DNA from: Bacteroidales bacterium
GTDB lineage: Bacteria > Bacteroidota > Bacteroidia > Bacteroidales > UBA932
Direction: 5' to 3'
NCBI GenBank assembly: GCA_041672845.1
Contig: JBAYYV010000003.1
Coordinates: 38,506 to 102,505 of the forward strand
Length of the DNA: 64,000 nucleotides
The translations under genes and the position numbers were made by a program. This document shows, piece by piece, positions 56,687 through 64,000 of this stretch (within the stretch, counting starts at the first letter, position 1; the number at the start of each line of letters is the position of its first letter). Under the pieces are notes generated by a model, which saw nothing but the letters and a program-made list of their open reading frames with translations, was not told the DNA's origin and did no database searches.

Positions 56687-56760
56687 TAATAAAATATTCT
56701 TGATTATATTAATGAAATATTCTTGATTAGATTAATGAAATATTCTTGATTATCTTAATG
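56687..56760 (+). repeat. 23-bp tandem repeat, 3.3 copies (TAATGAAATATTCTTGATTAKMT)
   Basis: Units start at 56687, 56710 and 56733, with a partial unit at 56756. The array lies in the divergent trmD / DUF349 intergenic region, just upstream of the DUF349 promoter box. Confidence 0.9.
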
Positions 56761-56803
56761 ACGCAAAAATAAGTATTTTATCTGTCTATTTAAATTTAAA
56801 TCT

Positions 56804-56811
56804 TATCTTTG
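56804..56811 (+). promoter_or_regulatory. -7 promoter box (TATCTTTG) for the DUF349-yidC-yggS unit
   Basis: 31 nt upstream of the ATG at 56842. Confidence 0.45.
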
Positions 56812-56841
56812 TGAGATAAATAAATACAAGAAATCGTTACT

Positions 56842-58680
56842 ATGAGCGAAGACACTAAAAAGATTGTTTCTAAAGAACAATTAGCGGATGCTGATGAAAT
56901 CTTAGCTACATTCATTAAAACTAAGAAAATTGCCGACGAGGCTCTATCTGTATCTCCTAAAACTATCAAAGATCCATTTAAGATCACAGATGAAAATATT
57001 GAAAAACTCTCGAATAGGAGTTTGAAAGAAATCGTGGAATTTTTCCAACACTTAATAGAAAGTAATAATTTACAAGTAGCGTACAAATATGCTGACACAG
57101 TGAAGGCTTCTTTCTATAAAGCTTTGAAGAGGGAGAAAATCGATTGTGGTTTTACTGATCCGGCTGTAGATAGTACGATTAAAGATGAAGATAAAACAGG
57201 TGTTTCTATAAATCCTTTTGCTGAAGTAGAAAAAGTTTTTAAAGAATTATATACTTTATATAAATCTAGGAAATCTGAATATTTGGCTGAAATGGATAAA
57301 CAGAGAGAAGCTAATTATAAAGTCAAACTTCAAGTAATCGAAGAAATTAAGAAATTAGTAGAAGCTCCAGAAGATTTGCATACTACATTTAATGCTTTTA
57401 GAGAATTACAAGCTAAATGGCGTAAAGCTGGTCCAGTTCCCCAAGATAAGAATAGAGCTGTATATGAAGAGTATCAGAAATATAATGAACTTTTTTATGA
57501 TTTTGTAAAGATTAATAATGAGTATAAAGATCTTGATTTGAAAAAGAATCTTGAATCTAAAACATTACTTTGTATAAAAGCTGAACAGTTAGTGAATATA
57601 GAGAATGTGGTTTCTGCGTTTAATACTTTACAGAACTTTCATGAAGAATGGAAAGAAATAGGTCCTGTAGATAAAGAACATAGAGAAGTTATTTGGGAAA
57701 GATTTAAAGCAGCTACTTCTATAATTAATAAGAAACATCAAGCTCATTTCGAAGAACTTAAAGAACAACAGAAAGAAAATCTTTTAGCTAAGACTGTTTT
57801 TTGTGAAAAAGCGGAAGTGATAGCTAATATGGATATTAATGACTCTTTAGCTTGGAATAAGTATTCTAAAGAGATGATAGATCTTCAGAAAGAATGGAAG
57901 AGTATAGGTTTTGCTACTAAGAAAGATAATCAAAAAATATATGATCGTTTCAGAGTCGCTTGTGACCATTTTTATGATAGAAAAAGAGCTTTCTATTCTA
58001 GATTTAAAGAACAAATGGCAGAAAACATGCTTAAGAAAATTAATCTTTGTGAAAAGGTAGAAGCTCTTAAGGACAGTGTAGAGTGGAAGAAAACTACAGA
58101 TCAATTGATTAATTTACAGAAAGAGTGGAAAAATATTGGTCCTGTTTCTCGTAAGAAATCAGATCAGATTTGGAAACGTTTCAGAGCAGCATGTGATACA
58201 TTTTTTGATAACAAAGAAAAGAATTTCGGTGGTGTAGATGTTAAATATGTAGAAAACTTACATCTTAAGGAATCTATTTTAGAAGAAATTAAAGCTATAG
58301 AAGATGCGACTAAAGATAAAATGAGAGATATTATTTCTCGTTGGAATAAAATAGGGTTCGTACCATTTAAAGTAAAAGATAAAATTCAGAAATCTTTTAA
58401 TGAAATCATGTCTTCTACATTTGAAGGTTACCAAGAATCTGCTCCTAGATCTTCTAAGAGAAAAGGAGAAAGCAGAGGTAATTCTGAAAGAGATAAATTA
58501 ATGCAAAAATTCCGTAAGAAAGAAAGTGAAATTCAAACTTATGAAAATAATATGGGATTCTTTGCTAATTCTAAGAATGCGAATGCTTTATTGGATCAGT
58601 TAAAAGAAAAAATTAACCTTGCTAAGGAAGAACTAAAAGAACTAGAAGAAAAAATTAAATCATCAGAAAATCAAGATTAA
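56842..58680 (+). CDS. DUF349 repeat protein
   Basis: Six or more repeats of the pattern L..EWK.IGPV.....IW.RF..A.D.FF; 612 aa. Confidence 0.8.
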   Translation: MSEDTKKIVSKEQLADADEILATFIKTKKIADEALSVSPKTIKDPFKITDENIEKLSNRSLKEIVEFFQHLIESNNLQVAYKYADTVKASFYKALKREKIDCGFTDPAVDSTIKDEDKTGVSINPFAEVEKVFKELYTLYKSRKSEYLAEMDKQREANYKVKLQVIEEIKKLVEAPEDLHTTFNAFRELQAKWRKAGPVPQDKNRAVYEEYQKYNELFYDFVKINNEYKDLDLKKNLESKTLLCIKAEQLVNIENVVSAFNTLQNFHEEWKEIGPVDKEHREVIWERFKAATSIINKKHQAHFEELKEQQKENLLAKTVFCEKAEVIANMDINDSLAWNKYSKEMIDLQKEWKSIGFATKKDNQKIYDRFRVACDHFYDRKRAFYSRFKEQMAENMLKKINLCEKVEALKDSVEWKKTTDQLINLQKEWKNIGPVSRKKSDQIWKRFRAACDTFFDNKEKNFGGVDVKYVENLHLKESILEEIKAIEDATKDKMRDIISRWNKIGFVPFKVKDKIQKSFNEIMSSTFEGYQESAPRSSKRKGESRGNSERDKLMQKFRKKESEIQTYENNMGFFANSKNANALLDQLKEKINLAKEELKELEEKIKSSENQD

Positions 58681-58683
58681 GAA

Positions 58684-60615
58684 ATGAAAAGAGATACTAT
58701 TATTGGTCTTCTTCTTGTCGGCCTTATCCTAGTAGGATTCAGTTTATATAATAATAAGCAGTATGAGAAAGTGGCTGCTGAAAAAAGAAAGCAAGATTCA
58801 ATTACTCTTGTTAGAAGGTTAGATTTTGAAAAGCAAATTGCTATTAGAAGACAAGATAGTTTATCTAAACTTACTCCTGGTCAAAGAAATTTATATGAGA
58901 AGAATCAGGTTGCTCAGAATTCTGAAAATGTAAGTAATATAGTTAATCAAGGAAATAATAAGGATAATAATTATTCATATACTTATAAGAATAAATTTTT
59001 AGAAACTGCTTTAAATTCTGATGCTGAAAGTTATACTCTTGAAAATGATAAAATAATAGTAGATTATACCACTCTAGGTGGTCAGGCTAATCAAGTTATT
59101 ATTAAGAAATATTTTAACTATGATAGTACCACACTTTATCTTATAAAAGACGGTTATAGTAAATTTAATATTCAATTATTTGCTCCTAATCAGATAAATA
59201 CTGAAGATCTTAATTACAAGATGATTTCTCATACAGATTCTTCTCTAGTAATGAGATTATATTTTGCTGAGAATTCTTATATAGAAAATAGTTATAAATT
59301 GCCTCCAGGCAAGTTTATGGTTGACTATTCTCTTCATATGATCGGTATGGATAAGTTCATACCTAGAAATGTTACAGGTTTAGATGCTTCATGGAATTTA
59401 GACCTTCCTAGAATGGAAAAAGGTTATAAGAATGAAAAGAATTATTCTACTGTAGTTTTTAAATATCCTGGAGAATCTAGTATAGATGATTTAGGTCTCA
59501 GAAAAGATTCATCCCAAAAAAATGTAAAAACTAATTTCCAATGGGTGGCTTTCCAGCAACAGTTTTTCTCAGCTATTATGGTAGCAGAGGATAATTTCTC
59601 TTCAGGTGATTTTAGTTATAAGTTTTATCCAGAAACAGATAAGGAAAACAAATTAATGGCTTGTTCATCTAATATGTATATCCCTATTAAAATAAGTTCT
59701 GATATTACTATTCCTTTTAGATATTATTATGGTCCTAACCATTTCAAAACTCTTAAAAAATATAATTACGGGTTCGAAAAAATAGTACCTATGGGTGGAT
59801 GGTTAATAGGTTGGATTAATAGAATCGTTATTGTAAATGTGTTTGATTATCTAAGTCGTTTTATTAATAGTTTTGGATTAATTATTTTACTTCTTACTCT
59901 TTTGGTTAAGCTAGTGATTTCTCCTCTTACTATTAAATCTTATAAGTCATCAGCTAAGATGAATGTCTTAAAACCTGAGATAGCTAAAATTTCTGAACGG
60001 TATCCCAAGAAAGAAGATGCCATGAAGAAGCAACAAGCTACCATGGATTTGTATAAGAAGGGAGGGGTGAATATGTTTGGAGGCTGTTTACCTATGCTAT
60101 TGCAGTTCCCTATTCTGTTAGCGATGTTTAGATTTTTCCCATCATCTTTCGAACTTCGTCAGCAACCTTTTTTATGGGCTAGCGATTTAAGTTCATATGA
60201 CTCTATTTATAATTTTGGGTTCAATATTCCAATGTATGGAGATCATATTAGTTTATTTGCTTTATTGATGGCTGTATCTATGTTTTTTTATTCTAAGATG
60301 ACTTCATCTCAGATGGATACCTCTCAGCAAGGAATGGGTGGTATGAAATTTATGACAGTATGGTTTATGCCTATATTTATGGGTGTAATTTGTAATAATT
60401 TTTCTGCAGGTCTTAGTTATTATTATTTATTATCAAATATAATTACTATGTTACAAACATGGATTACTCGTAAATTCTTAGTAGATGAAGATAAACTACT
60501 CAGAAAAATACATGAAAATTCATCTAAACCTGCTAAGCCAAAATCAAAATGGCAACAGCGATTAGAACAAGCTGCTAAAGCACAACAGCAAGCAGCTAAG
60601 AATGGGAAAAGATAA
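58684..60615 (+). CDS. yidC: Membrane protein insertase YidC (long Bacteroidota form)
   Basis: N-terminal TM helix, a large periplasmic domain and a C-terminal 60-kDa insertase core (GCLPMLLQFPILLAMF, LSYYYLLSNI). Confidence 0.92.
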   Translation: MKRDTIIGLLLVGLILVGFSLYNNKQYEKVAAEKRKQDSITLVRRLDFEKQIAIRRQDSLSKLTPGQRNLYEKNQVAQNSENVSNIVNQGNNKDNNYSYTYKNKFLETALNSDAESYTLENDKIIVDYTTLGGQANQVIIKKYFNYDSTTLYLIKDGYSKFNIQLFAPNQINTEDLNYKMISHTDSSLVMRLYFAENSYIENSYKLPPGKFMVDYSLHMIGMDKFIPRNVTGLDASWNLDLPRMEKGYKNEKNYSTVVFKYPGESSIDDLGLRKDSSQKNVKTNFQWVAFQQQFFSAIMVAEDNFSSGDFSYKFYPETDKENKLMACSSNMYIPIKISSDITIPFRYYYGPNHFKTLKKYNYGFEKIVPMGGWLIGWINRIVIVNVFDYLSRFINSFGLIILLLTLLVKLVISPLTIKSYKSSAKMNVLKPEIAKISERYPKKEDAMKKQQATMDLYKKGGVNMFGGCLPMLLQFPILLAMFRFFPSSFELRQQPFLWASDLSSYDSIYNFGFNIPMYGDHISLFALLMAVSMFFYSKMTSSQMDTSQQGMGGMKFMTVWFMPIFMGVICNNFSAGLSYYYLLSNIITMLQTWITRKFLVDEDKLLRKIHENSSKPAKPKSKWQQRLEQAAKAQQQAAKNGKR

Positions 60616-60627
60616 ATTTTTATAATT

Positions 60628-61302
60628 ATGGATATTAAAGAGAATCTGCTAAAAGTAAAAGCTGAATTGCCAGTATCGACGGAATTAGTAGCGGTTTCAA
60701 AATTTCATCCTGTAGAAGAAATTATGGAAGCCTATGATGCTGGGCAGAGAATTTTTGGAGAAAATCGTCCTCAAGAATTAAAAGAAAAAGCTAAAGTGTT
60801 GCCAAAGGATATTCAATGGCATTTCATCGGGAACTTGCAAACCAATAAAATCAAAATGGTCGTTCCTTATGTAAAACTTATTCATTCTGTTTCTTCTGAA
60901 CATTTATTATTCGCTATTGAAAAGTATTGTGCTAATACTAAGAGAGATATAGATGCATTTTTAGAATTACATATTGCCCAAGAAGAATCTAAGTCTGGCT
61001 TTTCTGATGAAGAAATGATAGATTTATTAAAAAGAATTAATACTAGTGAAGAAATGACTCTTCATCATGTACATATAAAAGGACTTATGTCTATGGCTTC
61101 TTTTACAAGTGATGAAAAACAAGTTCGCAAAGAATTCCAACATCTTATTGATTTTCATAAAGAAGTTCATGCTATGAATTTTGACTTTTTAAATGATTTT
61201 GATAGTCTATCCTTTGGTATGTCAAATGACTATAAAATAGCTTACTCTATGGGATCTACATATGTAAGAGTAGGAACTAAAATATTTGGTCCAAGAAATT
61301 AA
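60628..61302 (+). CDS. yggS: YggS-family pyridoxal-phosphate homeostasis protein
   Basis: LVAVSKFHP (PLP Lys), FGENRPQE, WHFIGNLQTNK, GMSNDY and VRVGTKIFG. Confidence 0.92.
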   Translation: MDIKENLLKVKAELPVSTELVAVSKFHPVEEIMEAYDAGQRIFGENRPQELKEKAKVLPKDIQWHFIGNLQTNKIKMVVPYVKLIHSVSSEHLLFAIEKYCANTKRDIDAFLELHIAQEESKSGFSDEEMIDLLKRINTSEEMTLHHVHIKGLMSMASFTSDEKQVRKEFQHLIDFHKEVHAMNFDFLNDFDSLSFGMSNDYKIAYSMGSTYVRVGTKIFGPRN

Positions 61303-61308
61303 ATAAGT

Positions 61309-62496
61309 CTATTTTTGAAGAAGTTTATACATTTCTTTAGCTACACGAACTGAGGCTCCAGGGGAACCTAGTTTATTTTGAATTTCAGTATAGTCGTCTA
61401 ACATTTGCTTTTTATATGAGGAATTTAAAGTGATAAGATTAAATTCTTTCATAATATTTTCAGCTGTGCATTGTTTCTGAAGAAGTTCTTTGAAAGCTGT
61501 TTTCTGAATAATGAGATTACCAAGGGAGATCCATTTAAGTTTAACAAAGTGTTTGGCTATAGCGAAAGAAATAGGATTACCACCGTAGCAAACTACTTGA
61601 GGTGAGCCTATCAGAGCAGCTTCTAGACTTGCAGTACCAGATGAAATTAGGCAGAAGTCAGCATGTCTCATAACAGAATAAGTATCATCGTTGATTATTT
61701 GTATATTACTATCGCTCAAGTATTTTTGATAATAAGATAGGTCTATGGAAGGTGCTGAGGCCAGTAGTAAATCATATTTTGGCAAATCACCTTTTGCTAT
61801 TTTTTCTTCAAGTAATTTTTCGAATTTAAGGAAAACTGGCATTAGATAATTAATTTCCATTTTTCTACTCCCTGCTAATAATGCGATGTAAGGTTTATAT
61901 TTAGTGATGGGATTATTCTTACTATCATTAGCTGTCAAAACATCTGAATGACGTTTGAAAAAATCGCTAGCCTTTTCTTTTAAAACTCCGCTGCTTTCTA
62001 TTTTATCTATTAGTGGATTACCACAATATATAGTTTTTATATGTTTCTTATTGAAATATTCTATTTCAAATGGGAAAATTATAAATAAATTATCCACATC
62101 TTTTCTAAGTCTTTCTACACGTTTTTCTTTCCAAGCCCAAACTTTAGGTGAAATATAATAGAATGTTTTAATACCTCTAACATGAGCAAACTTAGCCATC
62201 CTAAAATTGAATCCAGGGTAATCTATTAGTATTAGTACATCAGGGTTATAATCTAATATATCTTTTTTACAGAAGCTAATATTATTTAATATCTTATTTA
62301 GTTTTAAGAGTACTTCTACGAACCCCATTACAGCTGTATCTTTGTAATGTCTTACTAGGGTGCCACCAGCTTTAGACATCATGTCACCTCCCCAAAATCT
62401 AATATCTGCGTTAGGATCTGTTTCTAATAATCCATGGATAAGATTAGAACCATGTAAATCACCAGAAGCCTCTCCGGCTATAATGTAATATTTCAT
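61309..62496 (-). CDS. lpxB: Lipid-A-disaccharide synthase LpxB
   Basis: N-terminal YIIAGEASGDLHGSNLI, DYPGFNFR, SPKVWAWK and SGTASLEAAL. Confidence 0.93.
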   Translation of the reverse strand: MKYYIIAGEASGDLHGSNLIHGLLETDPNADIRFWGGDMMSKAGGTLVRHYKDTAVMGFVEVLLKLNKILNNISFCKKDILDYNPDVLILIDYPGFNFRMAKFAHVRGIKTFYYISPKVWAWKEKRVERLRKDVDNLFIIFPFEIEYFNKKHIKTIYCGNPLIDKIESSGVLKEKASDFFKRHSDVLTANDSKNNPITKYKPYIALLAGSRKMEINYLMPVFLKFEKLLEEKIAKGDLPKYDLLLASAPSIDLSYYQKYLSDSNIQIINDDTYSVMRHADFCLISSGTASLEAALIGSPQVVCYGGNPISFAIAKHFVKLKWISLGNLIIQKTAFKELLQKQCTAENIMKEFNLITLNSSYKKQMLDDYTEIQNKLGSPGASVRVAKEMYKLLQK

Positions 62497-62672
62497 TCCA
62501 TATATTTTAAAAGTAGTTTGGATATTTATCTATATAAAATAATATTTAGATAAATCTAGTATCTATGTAAAATTAATAAATATGTCGTAGATATCATTAG
62601 ATATACTTATATTTTATTTCAAAAGTATTATTAATTTTTTAAAATTGTGTAGGATAAAAAAAAATAAAATGA

Positions 62673-62680
62673 TACATTTG
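62673..62680 (+). promoter_or_regulatory. -7 promoter box (TACATTTG) upstream of the trp leader
   Basis: Matches TAnnTTTG, about 93 nt upstream of the leader-peptide ATG. Confidence 0.35.
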
Positions 62681-62772
62681 TGACTTATGTAATACAGATG
62701 TTGCTTATTTAAGATAGACGATATTATTTGCATAAAAATAATGAAACAGCTTATATTACTAATATTAGAAAT

Positions 62773-62835
62773 ATGACAAATTTTTTAAATACTAATTGGT
62801 GGTGGCTTATCAAATTCCAAGAATTCGATGAGTAG
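62773..62835 (+). CDS. Putative trp operon leader peptide (20 aa, MTNFLNTNWWWLIKFQEFDE) with three consecutive Trp codons
   Basis: Translated by hand: ATG at 62773, TGG TGG TGG at 62797-62805 and TAG at 62833-62835. It is followed by an intrinsic terminator and then trpB. Confidence 0.7.
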   Translation: MTNFLNTNWWWLIKFQEFDE

Positions 62836-62871
62836 AAATTTTATGTGTATTTAAAAACTAAAATATATTCA

Positions 62872-62901
62872 AGCCTGTCGGATTTTCTGACAGGCTTTTT
62901 A
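62872..62901 (+). terminator. Attenuator terminator upstream of trpB
   Basis: AGCCTGTCGG-ATTTT-CTGACAGGCT (8 Watson-Crick pairs, then one GU and one GC pair) followed by TTTTTATT, 105 nt before the trpB ATG. Confidence 0.75.
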
Positions 62902-63005
62902 TTAAGCATTTATTTTTATGTATTTATTCTTTAGAATAATCCATTTCAGAAAATCCTTCATCCTTGTTTTGTTAAAATATTTTAAACATTTAAAAATTAT
63001 TAAAA

Positions 63006-64000
63006 ATGAAACAGGATTATTTAAAAACTTATCCTAATCAAGATGGTTTCTTCGGAGACTTTGGTGGATCTTTTATTCCAGATGAATTAAAACAAGAGAT
63101 GGATCGTATTACTAATGCTTATTTTAGTATTAGTAAATCTCACAAATTTATTTCTGAATTAAGAAGTATTAGAAAACATTATCAAGGACGTCCTACACCA
63201 GTGTATTATTGTGATAGACTGAGCAATAAGTATGGTGGTAGGATTTATCTAAAAAGAGAAGATCTTAATCATACAGGGGCTCATAAACTAAATCATTGTA
63301 TGGGTGAAGTATTGTTAGCTAAGTATATGGGTAAAAAAAAGGTCATTGCTGAAACTGGTGCTGGTCAGCATGGGGTAGCATTGGCGACAGCCGCAGCATA
63401 TTTTGGACTAGATTGTGATATTTATATGGGTGAGGTAGATATAGCTAAACAAATGCCTAATGTAATCCGCATGAAAATTCTGGGGGCTAAAGTGATACCT
63501 GTTTCTTCTGGATTAAAAACTTTAAAGGAAGCGGTAGATGCAGCATTCGAGGCTTATATTCAGGATCCGATTAATACGATTTATTGCATAGGTTCGGTAG
63601 TAGGTCCACATCCATTTCCTATGATGGTAAGAGATTTTCAACGAGTGGTAGGTATAGAGGCTAAAGAGCAGTTCTCTGAAATGACTGGAGAGATGCCAGA
63701 TAATGTAATAGCTTGTGTAGGTGGGGGAAGTAATGCTATGGGAATCTTTTCAGCATTCTTACAGGATAATTGTAATATTTATGGGGTAGAGCCAGGTGGC
63801 AATGGCTGTAAATTAGGTCAGAATGCAGCTTCTATTACTTATGGTAGGCCTGGAGTGTTGCATGGTTTTAAGTGTATGTTGCTTCAAGATGAAAAAGGAA
63901 ATCCTGCCCCTGTATATTCTTGTGCAAGTGGACTAGATTATCCTGGAGTAGGTCCTGAACATTCTATGCTTGGTAGCCATAAACGTGTTAAATATGTAAC
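63006..64000 (+). CDS. trpB: Tryptophan synthase beta chain (partial, continues past the window end)
   Basis: Hand translation from ATG 63006 gives [28 protein letters not shown]...[18 protein letters not shown]...[11 protein letters not shown]...GGGSNAMG. It is open to position 64000 and absent from the ORF track because it has no stop. Confidence 0.93.
   Translation, partial: MKQDYLKTYPNQDGFFGDFGGSFIPDELKQEMDRITNAYFSISKSHKFISELRSIRKHYQGRPTPVYYCDRLSNKYGGRIYLKREDLNHTGAHKLNHCMGEVLLAKYMGKKKVIAETGAGQHGVALATAAAYFGLDCDIYMGEVDIAKQMPNVIRMKILGAKVIPVSSGLKTLKEAVDAAFEAYIQDPINTIYCIGSVVGPHPFPMMVRDFQRVVGIEAKEQFSEMTGEMPDNVIACVGGGSNAMGIFSAFLQDNCNIYGVEPGGNGCKLGQNAASITYGRPGVLHGFKCMLLQDEKGNPAPVYSCASGLDYPGVGPEHSMLGSHKRVKYV

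Noticed and set aside
38733-62158. Further shadow ORFs: 38733-38936, 39592-39807, 41781-42062, 46262-46453, 47063-47314, 47263-47484, 51962-52318, 53053-53244, 53272-53538, 54455-54715, 55706-55891, 56399-56593, 56796-57098, 57847-58104, 61955-62158
   Set aside because: The reasoning is the same: they are embedded in or antisense to recF, pdxB, btuB, ffh, folD, the OMP gene, trmD, DUF349 and lpxB. 53272-53538 additionally runs across a terminator and tandem repeats.
62804-62875. A specific antiterminator helix for the trp attenuator
   Set aside because: Only a 5-bp GGCTT/AAGCC pairing was found by eye, which is too weak to assert. It is left as an open point in the finding rather than annotated as a feature.
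1-64000. tRNA, rRNA, tmRNA and SRP RNA genes; IS elements, integrases, prophage genes; CRISPR-Cas, restriction-modification, toxin-antitoxin or other defence systems
   Set aside because: I scanned the intergenic regions longer than 100 bp by eye (6523-6797, 11519-11759, 20335-20631, 40712-40931, 42631-44209, 62497-63005) and all ORF translations. None showed the relevant signatures. A cmsearch or tRNAscan run would be needed to exclude small RNAs formally.

Overview
This is a visibly AT-rich (about 30% G+C by eye, not computed) chromosomal segment that looks like a Bacteroidota, Bacteroidales-type genome. The clues are recurrent TAnnTTTG -7 promoter boxes about 20-35 nt upstream of start codons, many SPII lipoproteins, TonB-dependent receptors, a BACON domain, a V-ATPase operon containing DUF2764, and a Na+-methylmalonyl-CoA decarboxylase operon. 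About 50 protein genes are present and nearly all are recognisable housekeeping or metabolic genes.

Main blocks:
- 15-8954: a tungstate/molybdate transport, molybdopterin (MoeA, MoaA) and aldehyde:ferredoxin oxidoreductase island. It includes an unusual lipoprotein.
- 8988-11161: an orphan WecF-like GT56 gene and an LruC lipoprotein gene, separated by a perfect 66-bp palindrome.
- 11204-11518 (minus strand): an RNase P RNA gene that the ORF track misses.
- 11760-14224: pyrG and a glutaminyl cyclase gene.
- 14245-17200: a TPP riboswitch followed by a TonB receptor and a PnuT-like transporter.
- 18197-24362: recR, a sodium:solute symporter, corA, ahcY and a tryptophanase-family gene.
- 24441-37808: a 14-gene minus-strand block joining a Na+-type V-ATPase operon to the methylmalonyl-CoA epimerase/decarboxylase operon, yebC and a TPR protein.
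- 37915-40711: recF, DUF721 and pdxB, with a 14-bp x9 minisatellite between the last two.
- 40932-42630: two paralogous secreted proteins of unknown function.
- 42639-43835: a ~1.1-kb repeat-dense island with no convincing gene, bracketed by 73-bp direct repeats.
- 43900-49770: a cobalamin riboswitch driving a four-gene surface B12-capture locus.
- 49831-62496: a deoxyhypusine-synthase-like gene, ffh, folD, an outer-membrane barrel protein, trmD, DUF349, yidC, yggS and lpxB.
- 62773-64000: a Trp-codon leader peptide plus terminator upstream of a partial trpB.

I found no integrase, transposase, CRISPR-Cas, reverse transcriptase, toxin-antitoxin or recognisable defence genes. No clear novel multi-gene system is evident. 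The most unexplained structures are:
- the direct-repeat-bracketed repeat island at 42.6-43.8 kb;
- the tandem sulfite-oxidase-fold lipoprotein in the Mo/W island;
- the many 13-23-bp tandem duplications in intergenic DNA;
- the WWW leader attenuator.

All family assignments come from motif recognition by eye, not database searches.
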